Source of the DNA: an uncultured Planctomycetaceae bacterium
GTDB lineage: Bacteria > Planctomycetota > Planctomycetia > Planctomycetales > Planctomycetaceae
Reading direction: 5' to 3'
Length of the DNA stretch: 64,000 nt
NCBI GenBank assembly: GCA_963815195.1
Contig: CAWFGE010000014.1
Coordinates: 32,001 to 96,000 of the forward strand
The first letter of the stretch is position 1; each line of letters starts with the position of its first letter. Below are positions 56,865 through 64,000 of this stretch, in pieces. A model generated the notes under the pieces. It was not told the DNA's origin. It saw nothing but the letters and a program-made list of their open reading frames with translations, and made no database searches. A program made the translations under genes and the position numbers.

Positions 56865-58016
56865 ATGCCCCAAGGACAAAGCTACTGGAACCCTTACCGT
56901 TGGGTGCCGATGCCCGACGGCCCGCCGCACCGGCAGACGCCGGCCTATTACCATCGTTTGGAAAACCTGCGGGGCCGCCTCACCTGCGACGTGGAAGCGC
57001 TGACACCGCTTCTGATCGGCGACGGGGGACCGTCGGACAACATCCAATTTGTGAAGACTCCCGGCGGCACGGCGTACGTTCCGGGGACTTCGCTCAAGGG
57101 GATGCTCCGGCAGGTGTTGGAGGTGGTCAGCGGATCGGCGGTGCCGTTCGGTCAGCGGAACAATGCCGATACGAACCATCAAGCCGATCAGGCCAGCGCC
57201 GGTGCCGGATCGAATTGGCAGTTGGACGCCGCCGCCCGGTTGTTCGGCTACATGGACAACAGTCGGTCTTACACAGGAGAGGTCCGGATGGGCGACGCCC
57301 CACTGAAGTCCTCACCCACCCCAGCTTCGGAATGGCCGGCCTACACAGTGGAAACTGGCACGCCCAAACCGACTCACACGGTTTTCTACAAAGGACACGC
57401 CCACGGCCTTGCCAAGTGGAAGTTCTATCACCACGCCACGGGCGCGGAGGGACTCCGGGAAAATTCCACCGTCCCTGAGAACAGCCTTCGGAAGGTCAGG
57501 CCGGCACCGTCGGACAGTCTGTTCGGGCCGTTTACGCTGGCGTTTCAGAACCTGACGGAAGCCGAACTCAACCTGTTGGCCTATGTTCTCGTTCTGGAAG
57601 AGAACGTGACCGTCACCCTCGGCCCCGAGGCGATGGGAACGGAGGAGGGCTGCACCTTGAGCGGACCGCTCCGGCACAAGCTCGGAGCCTGCAAACCGCA
57701 GGGCGGCGGCAGCATTCGGATCGTGCCTCTCCAGATGCAACTCGAAGCCAATCCGCTGGCCCGTTACCAAACCGGGAACCGCCAAGTCCACTCGCTCGAA
57801 GGCGAACCGCTTCAGCAGGAACTCCGCCGGCGGGCCAACCAGGTGGCGAAGCAGATTCCGCAAGCGACCCGCGAAGCTTTTCACGCGATGCTGGTTTACG
57901 ATCCCAACGATCCCCGCGCGAAGCATCTGCAGTATCCCGATTGGGACTTCTTTCAAAATGAGAAACAAAAGTCCAAGCTAGAGACTCCGCTCACGAAACT
58001 CAAACCGACCCTTTAA
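56865..58016 (+). CDS. Cas7-group RAMP with insertion (TIGR03986-like, type III-D terminal subunit)
   Basis: YWNPYRWVP, LTPLLIG, VPGTSLKGMLR, RLFGY, KFYHH, KLGACKPQGGG. Confidence 0.85.
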   Translation: MPQGQSYWNPYRWVPMPDGPPHRQTPAYYHRLENLRGRLTCDVEALTPLLIGDGGPSDNIQFVKTPGGTAYVPGTSLKGMLRQVLEVVSGSAVPFGQRNNADTNHQADQASAGAGSNWQLDAAARLFGYMDNSRSYTGEVRMGDAPLKSSPTPASEWPAYTVETGTPKPTHTVFYKGHAHGLAKWKFYHHATGAEGLRENSTVPENSLRKVRPAPSDSLFGPFTLAFQNLTEAELNLLAYVLVLEENVTVTLGPEAMGTEEGCTLSGPLRHKLGACKPQGGGSIRIVPLQMQLEANPLARYQTGNRQVHSLEGEPLQQELRRRANQVAKQIPQATREAFHAMLVYDPNDPRAKHLQYPDWDFFQNEKQKSKLETPLTKLKPTL

Positions 58017-58036
58017 TCCCAGCGAGACGGCCAAGC

Positions 58037-59170
58037 ATGACCACGGCGGCGACCACATTGATTTCCACGGTGGGAACGAGTTTGATCTATCCGAATTTGG
58101 TCAACCTCTCTCCCGACGATCCCGACCCGGCGCGGGCTGCGATTGCAACGGCGTTTGCCCGGCGGGATGCCGCCGCGGTGGCCGAGGGATTGACTCAGTA
58201 TCCGCCTACAGAACGCTTGTTAGGGGCGGAGATCAACTCCATTGCCAGCCTGTGGGAGAAGGGCTACCTGGCCGAATCCCCCAATCTGTTGTTCTGCCAC
58301 AGCCACACCGAAGACGGGCGGTTCCTGGGGGAGGTGTTGACGGCCTACTACCACCGGCGGTCGCTGCCGGTGGTCGAGGCCTGCGAGATCGAAGGCCTGC
58401 AAGATCACGACCCCCGCCAGTTCCGCACGCTGGGTCTGCGGAACCTCACCAAGCAGATTTCGCAGTCGGTGCGGAATTACGGGGCCGATTACACGGCCAT
58501 CAATGCCACCGGCGGTTACAAGGCCCAGATCGCGATTGCCGTGTTGATGGGCCAGGCTCTGGGCGTGCCGGTGTATTACAAGCACGAGCGGTTTTCCGAG
58601 ATCATCGCGTTTCCGCCCTTGCCGGTGGCCTTGGACTTCGGCGTGTGGATGGAGTGCAGCGGGCTGCTCTACGCCCTCGATCAGACGGGCGGCTGCCTGC
58701 CCCGGCGAGAGTTCGAGGAGGAATACAGCGAAACCCTGGCCAGCCTGGTCAACGAAGTCGAGATCGACGGCGAGTGGCACTGGGAACTCTCGCCCACCGG
58801 GCAGATTTTCCACGAGACCTTCCGGGGGCGGTTTCAGGCCCTGGCCCCGAAACTCCTCCCGCCTCCGGCCAAGGAGAAAAAGCCGCCCCGCCTGGAAGAC
58901 AGTGGGCACTTGAAAAGCCACTCGGAGATCCGCGCCTTTCTGGAAAAGGTGACCGCCGAGGTTCCGCAGGTCATCCGCTGCCAAACGCACTACTACAACC
59001 CCGACCTACCCGGCGAGACCCGCTTCCGCTTGAGCACGCACGGCGTCGAAGGCGTCTACAGCAACGGCAGTTACACGGTAAAGTTTTATGTGGAGTCCAC
59101 CGCCACCACTCCCAGCGAACAAACAGCCGTCATCGCCGCGTTAAACCAATGGCTGGCGGAGAGACACTGA
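58037..59170 (+). CDS. APE2256-family CARF protein (ring nuclease/effector type) with a C-terminal extension
   Basis: ISTVGTSL, GAEINS, HSHTEDG, INATGGYKA, YYKHERF. Confidence 0.85.
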   Translation: MTTAATTLISTVGTSLIYPNLVNLSPDDPDPARAAIATAFARRDAAAVAEGLTQYPPTERLLGAEINSIASLWEKGYLAESPNLLFCHSHTEDGRFLGEVLTAYYHRRSLPVVEACEIEGLQDHDPRQFRTLGLRNLTKQISQSVRNYGADYTAINATGGYKAQIAIAVLMGQALGVPVYYKHERFSEIIAFPPLPVALDFGVWMECSGLLYALDQTGGCLPRREFEEEYSETLASLVNEVEIDGEWHWELSPTGQIFHETFRGRFQALAPKLLPPPAKEKKPPRLEDSGHLKSHSEIRAFLEKVTAEVPQVIRCQTHYYNPDLPGETRFRLSTHGVEGVYSNGSYTVKFYVESTATTPSEQTAVIAALNQWLAERH

Positions 59171-59221
59171 GTGTCGACGAGGAAACGCCAAGGCCACGGC
59201 GTTTGATAGTAAGACCTTCGG

Positions 59222-60153
59222 CTAATCCGGCCATTCTCTCATGAGGCGGCCCAGGCCGAAGACGGTGGATTTGCCCAGGTGCAGCCACTCGGCGGCGGCG
59301 AAGAGGGGGGCCAACGGACCGGGGCCTTGGGGGAGCGGCAGATCGCCGGTGATCGTGGGCAGTTCCAATCGCCGCTTTTGACTGCCGGAGTAGCGGGCAA
59401 ACGACTGGGGTTGTCCTCGGAACGCTCCGGCGGGATGGCGGCGCGCGATTTCTAGCCACGCGGCTTGATCGGCTTTCAAACGGCTGGCGGCTTCCGGAGG
59501 CAGAAAGGCTTCCGCTCGGCGGAGGGTGGCCATCGTTAAATCGACGAAGTTCGGTTCACGGACAAACTGCCGTTGGTAGAACATCCGCAGGCCCCATACA
59601 CGCAGATTGCATGGCCGACGCGGATCAAGATCACCCAAAGGCCACAACCCGAACCCCGGATGTAACCGCCCTGGCGAGAGCGTCGTGCCCTCCCATGCCA
59701 ACGGGCGAACTTCATCCAGAAAGAACGGTGTGCGATCACGACCCAATCCTTGGCAGCCGGTGTGCTCCCAGGCCCGCCACAGCCGATCCTGCTCCTTCGG
59801 AGAGACCTCGCCCATCAAGAGAAACTGCCATCGCGTAATAGGCTCGGACCGCGAGACGACCCCAGCATTAGCGGGCCGCACAATGTACCGCGGCCTCCGG
59901 TCGGGGCCATCTCCGAAGATCGTTTGATAATCCGCAGGAGAGATGCCCGCAGCCGGCTGCCCCACACGCCCCGGAGCTGCACGACCGTCGCCCGATGCCC
60001 CCGCGTGTCCAACCGCATCTCCCACGCCCGCACCCGCACCTGGGCCAACTCGGCCATGAGACGTTTTGTGAGAATCTCGACCGCGGGGACTCGTGCCGCC
60101 CCGTTCGTCTCCGCCGCTTGCCCCCGCCGTCCGTTCGCCAACTCTAATGCCAT
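59222..60153 (-). CDS. cas6: Cas6 pre-crRNA endoribonuclease; frameshift near 59955
   Basis: LRGVWG near the N-terminus, RYSGSQ, and C-terminal G-loop HLGKSTVFGLG. Confidence 0.85.
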
Positions 60154-60559
60154 GATTGCTCCGTTTGTCAGAACCTCCCCAGAATATACGCCTTTCCTTT
60201 CCAAAAAGGGACACCCGGCACAGGAAATTTTAATGAAGACCTGCGGCCGAAAATCGATTCGCTGAGTCTTTCGTCTCCGACATTGGTTTTTTTGTTCCGA
60301 GGGGGCGATCCGCTGCGTATTTCTCTCAGTGGCGGAAGAGCACGACCTTGCGAACTGAGAGCGAACCGAATTTCCGAATCCGAAAAAGGGAGGACAATAA
60401 CATGGACTTGGCTGTGATGATTTGGTGGCTAGGCGGAGAACTTTGGGTGTCGGCCCGCACCCCGGAAAGGAAATTCTTGCCTGGCGGTGGTATTACTGGT
60501 AGGATCGGCCGCAATGAGAATCCGGTGACGCAACACCAGCGATTGCGAGGAGCGACCCG

Positions 60560-61304
60560 ATGGCGGGCCACAAGGCAGACCAAGAGCCAAACCATGGAGC
60601 AGATCACGAGCGGGAGCAGATCCGTCAATGGATCGAGGCGATCCTCGACGGCTCAGGCTCGGAGCACGACGACGCCATGCACCGCCTCTCGGAAGTGATT
60701 AGCCACGTTCGCGGCGCTTGCGGGTGCTCGGTCGCGGCAACCAAATCCTGCGAGATCTCATCGAGGAAGCGCCGTCGGTCATCTTCCAGAAGCTCCGTCA
60801 GTTCGACACCGAGCAGGAGTTCGAGCCGTGGTGTTGGATTGTATTGAAGAACGCCTTTCTGGATCGCTGCCGGAGAAAAAAGACCGACCCGCTCGCCGCG
60901 AGCGGATCGACAAATGCCGAGGACTCGGACCCCATCCAGCGCCTCTCCGACGATGAGGCGGCCGACTTTCGGCGACGACTGGAATCCAGCCTCGACCATA
61001 ACGAACCGTTCTCCGCAACCGATCAGAACGAGATCCTTACCTGGCGTCTCGACGACCGCATCGTATTGCTAACTCTGGGGCTTTTGTGGCAGAAGGTTCC
61101 TCCGGAACTGTGGTCGGACTGGCTCAGCGAGCGGAATGTCCCAGCACTTTTCCGCCTAAGGGTTGGGAGACTGAAACCCTTAAGCAACATTGCGAGATTT
61201 TGGGGGACGCGCTCGGTCAGAACTCTGAGGCGATCAAGCGGCGGTGGTATCGTTATCGGCAATTGCTGTCGAACTTGGAGTACGTGCGGGGGATCCAGCC
61301 ATGA
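60560..61304 (+). CDS. ECF-type RNA polymerase sigma factor; frameshifts near 60710 and 61150
   Basis: Region 2: KLRQFD...FEPWCWIVLKNAFLDRCRR. Region 4: DDRIVLL...[insert]...EILGDALGQNSEAIKRRWYRYR. RBS AGGAG before ATG 60560. Confidence 0.75.
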
Positions 61305-62017
61305 CCCAATCCTCTCAACCACAAGGGACGATCTGGCAGGGACTTCGCGACCCGCGTTCCGACTGTGGGAAGGCCGGTGCGGTCACGATGCCGCGATCTA
61401 GTTGGCAGCACACAGCCGAGCGGCATATTTGCCGATCGGTCGAGCCATGGGACGAAGTATTTCCCGCAGAGATTGTGACGGCCCTGCAACGATTCGGACG
61501 AAACCAGGAAACACTGAGTTGCGAGCAGTGGGAGATCGCTTCGAACCTGCTCGGTGAGCAGGTTCGGCAGTCCCTGGATCGGCCTTTGGTGATTCTGTAT
61601 CTGCAACGCCAGTTCTACCAGGACGAACCCTATGCCGAGCGTTGGCTGCTTCTGTTACCTTGCGGCGGGCTGATGGCGATCCGTAGCGTCCAGCATGGCG
61701 GCAGCGTCCTGACGTGCTTTTTCATGGAGCAGTCTGGTCGCGGCCATCAGCTTGACAACCGCTGGAAGTATGCGTTGTTCTTCCTAAGAAACAAATACTC
61801 CGAACAGGATCCTAAGACAGGGCGACGGCATCCGCCCCACCCTGCCTATGCCGTTCCGATCCCTCGCCGGTTGGCCGACGAGGACCGCGCCGAGATTTGT
61901 TTTGTCACGGAACACGAGTGGCACCTGCCGGGTCCGGCTCGGCTCGAAACGAATATGCTGCGCCCGTGGCCGACCCACGAGAAGGACACGACCCGTTCGG
62001 GCGCCGGCCGTGGATGA
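61301..62017 (+). CDS. Hypothetical protein (238 aa), translationally coupled to the sigma gene
   Basis: ATGA overlap with the sigma stop codon; no recognised family. Confidence 0.7.
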   Translation: MTQSSQPQGTIWQGLRDPRSDCGKAGAVTMPRSSWQHTAERHICRSVEPWDEVFPAEIVTALQRFGRNQETLSCEQWEIASNLLGEQVRQSLDRPLVILYLQRQFYQDEPYAERWLLLLPCGGLMAIRSVQHGGSVLTCFFMEQSGRGHQLDNRWKYALFFLRNKYSEQDPKTGRRHPPHPAYAVPIPRRLADEDRAEICFVTEHEWHLPGPARLETNMLRPWPTHEKDTTRSGAGRG

Positions 62018-62048
62018 AGCCTAAAGACACCGAGTGAGAACCTCAGCG

Positions 62049-63100
62049 ATGACTGACCGAAGATCGAATCTGCCAGACGATGAAGCCGCATTCCGGCGCG
62101 ATGAAGTGGAGCAAGCCTACGCGCTCCCGGGGCTAGACGTCTTCGATCACGGGGGGCCAGTCGATGACGCCGTGCGCAAGAGCGGCGCTTCAATTGGCCC
62201 AAGCGATCGGGTACTGCCGGCTGTTCGGAGTCGAGATTGGCGAACTCGATGGCGTGCTCCCGGCGGACGTGGCCATCGCAGCGTGCCGGGAACTCGCCGA
62301 TCGGGTAGCCGCCTGGACAGAGCAACTCCAGGAACTGCCAGAACGGTATTTCGGAGCAATCGACGGATTCGAGGCCGAAGCGGCCTCCGACGACGTGTTG
62401 ATCGCCTGCATGGACTCGTGGGCGACCACCGCGGCGATCGAGGAAGCCTACACGCGCTGTGGGCCGGAGGACGACGTCGATACATTCTCCGCCGAATTGG
62501 ACCGGCTTGGGGACGCCCTGGACGAGTTTGACCGAAAGGCCCGCGAGCACGCCGACTTGTTGTCCACGCTCGCGAAGACCAACCTCTTGTCGAACTGGCG
62601 GTCGTATCTCGTCGAGCCGTGGAGTGAATTGCTGCCCTGGTGGCTGGATGGAACGCTTGAACGAACGGCTGAGGCCGTCGACCAGCTGGTGGCGGCCACC
62701 GTACCCGGTGAGTCCGACCGCCGTGCGGAGAAGGCCCGAGACCGATCCCAGATCACCGGCCCGAGCCCGCCTTGCGCCCGCGATGGCCGCTGCCGGTCCT
62801 TTGGAAGCCGGCAAAACCTATTCCTGGGATTCTCCAGATGGACGGTACCAGGCATTGCTCACGCTGACCACGACTTGGCAGGAGACGGTTCGGCTCGGGT
62901 TTGTGCACCGCGAGAGCGGAGCACCGACCGCCGAACTCAAGGGCCGCAAGGCCCGACTCGGCGATTTGCCGCCGGTGCCCATCGACGACAAGGGCCTCGC
63001 AGAGTTCGCCACCGCGTCGGTTCTTGGGCAGCCGTCGCGACTGCATCTCGATGAGGACGATCGAAACTGGACGCCCGTTGGACCGGAAGACAGTCTGTAA
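62049..63100 (+). CDS. Two-domain protein (~350 aa): acidic helical N-domain, linker, beta-rich C-domain; candidate anti-sigma/protease substrate; frameshifts near 62175 and 62708
   Basis: Joined from ORFs 62034, 62164 and 62459; NWRSYLVEPWSELLPWWLDG, linker RLAPAMAAAG, then YSWDSPDGRYQALLTL... Confidence 0.6.
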
Positions 63101-63166
63101 TCCGCTGGTGGAAAGCTGGCTCCATCGGATCCGGCAAGTTCTGACCTTAGCTTGTTTGGATGCGCC

Positions 63167-64000
63167 ATGGCCGTCACTTGGCTGAACCGATCATCTGCGG
63201 ACTTGACCCCGGCTGCCGCCTGCCAGCTTGTCGAGTGGCTCGGTCCCTTCGCGACTTGGTGTCTTCAGGCGGACACTTTAAACAAAGCCGCGGCCTCCTA
63301 CCGCCATCGCGGTGTGGCGGTCCTGGCCGAAGCGCTTGAGAAGCCGTGTGGACTGCCCCAGGAGCCGGGAACGTGCGGCGTTCTGTTCGTCCGCAAACGA
63401 AACGACTACCCCGGCCTGCGGGATGCCTTCGCCTGGCCGCTCCGATGGGTCGCCGAGGCGGAGCATGAACGAGTTCTCCCGGTAAAGTTACTGGCCGAGG
63501 CCGAGCGGGTTCGCGAGACGCTGATCCAGCAACTGGGTGATCTGTTGCCGACAGAGCGCTGGGGACTGCGGCCGGGGCTTGGCGGACCAGCCGACTGGCC
63601 TGACCTCCGGCACATGGACGTTTCCTGTGACTCGGCCTGGGTCCCGCTGGCGGGCGGTCTCCTCGCCGCGTCTCTGGAGGGACAGGTCGACCGCACAGTC
63701 TGGGCCACAGGAGCCTGGCAGGGCGGCATCGCAGCGGTCGGCTTTCTGCCGGACAAGCTCCGGGAAGCCGTCCGCCTGGCCGTACAGCGCGTGTTTGTGC
63801 CGACACAAAATCTCGACGAAGCCCATCAACTGGTCGAATCACACAACCTCGACCTGTCGATCGGGGAGTTGCGGCACGACAAACCTCAAGCGGCCGAAGC
63901 GCTCGGGCAATTCCTGGAGGAGTTTTCTGTCCTGCCGCCCCGCATCCCCGACGATGCGGAGAATTTCGAGCGACGTTGCCGCGCGTATCTCCGTCATCCA
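63167..64000 (+). CDS. Lon (S16)-type Ser-Lys protease domain protein, 3' partial; not in the ORF track
   Basis: Hand translation is open to the window end: SCDSAWVPLAGGLLAA...VWATGAW...IAAVGFLPDKLREA...VFVPTQN, matching Lon GxSA...TG...VGG..K..A...iP..N. Ser codon at 63632, Lys codon at 63755. Confidence 0.8.
   Translation, partial: MAVTWLNRSSADLTPAAACQLVEWLGPFATWCLQADTLNKAAASYRHRGVAVLAEALEKPCGLPQEPGTCGVLFVRKRNDYPGLRDAFAWPLRWVAEAEHERVLPVKLLAEAERVRETLIQQLGDLLPTERWGLRPGLGGPADWPDLRHMDVSCDSAWVPLAGGLLAASLEGQVDRTVWATGAWQGGIAAVGFLPDKLREAVRLAVQRVFVPTQNLDEAHQLVESHNLDLSIGELRHDKPQAAEALGQFLEEFSVLPPRIPDDAENFERRCRAYLRHP

Noticed and set aside
58220..59244. Alternative-frame and antisense ORFs over the CARF gene (similar ones overlie the cas, transposase and adhesin genes)
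   Set aside because: Arg/Pro/Gly-rich shadow frames overlapping well-supported genes.
63174..63842. Minus-strand ORFs at the window end
   Set aside because: Shadows of the + strand Lon-type ORF, which has clear catalytic motifs.

Overview
Accessory and defence-rich region that looks Planctomycete: it has a LEPR-XLL-type 'ERLEDRTLLS' exported protein and small planctomycete-style basic proteins. Many genes are split by single-base frameshifts, most likely uncorrected long-read indels, so several ORFs are reconstructed across frames. Left to right: (1) a minus-strand cluster of two giant proteins (DUF6603-like; WD40-containing), a Zn-metalloprotease, a trypsin-endonuclease fusion and a class 3 lipase; (2) a scrambled defence island with a truncated hsdM fused to a 3'-truncated group II intron, TIR-like and ATPase fragments, and an MBL + E2-E1-JAB ubiquitin-like conjugation operon; (3) arsC, a SEC-C/DUF1186 protein, a nucleotidyltransferase TA pair and an rve transposase; (4) a giant FG-GAP/PKD/cadherin adhesin with a downstream ankyrin-WD40 gene, a truncated IS, and a decayed attC cassette cluster; (5) a type III-D-like CRISPR-Cas effector operon (HD-less Cas10 with GGDD, Cas7s, Csx10, two Cas11-like proteins, Csx19, CARF) plus cas6, with no array or cas1/cas2 in view. 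The top candidate for a new system is the operon divergent from cas6: ECF sigma factor, an unknown protein, a two-domain anti-sigma candidate and a Lon-type Ser-Lys protease. The protease gene is absent from the ORF track and runs off the window end. Together these suggest a protease-gated transcriptional response coupled to type III-D signalling.
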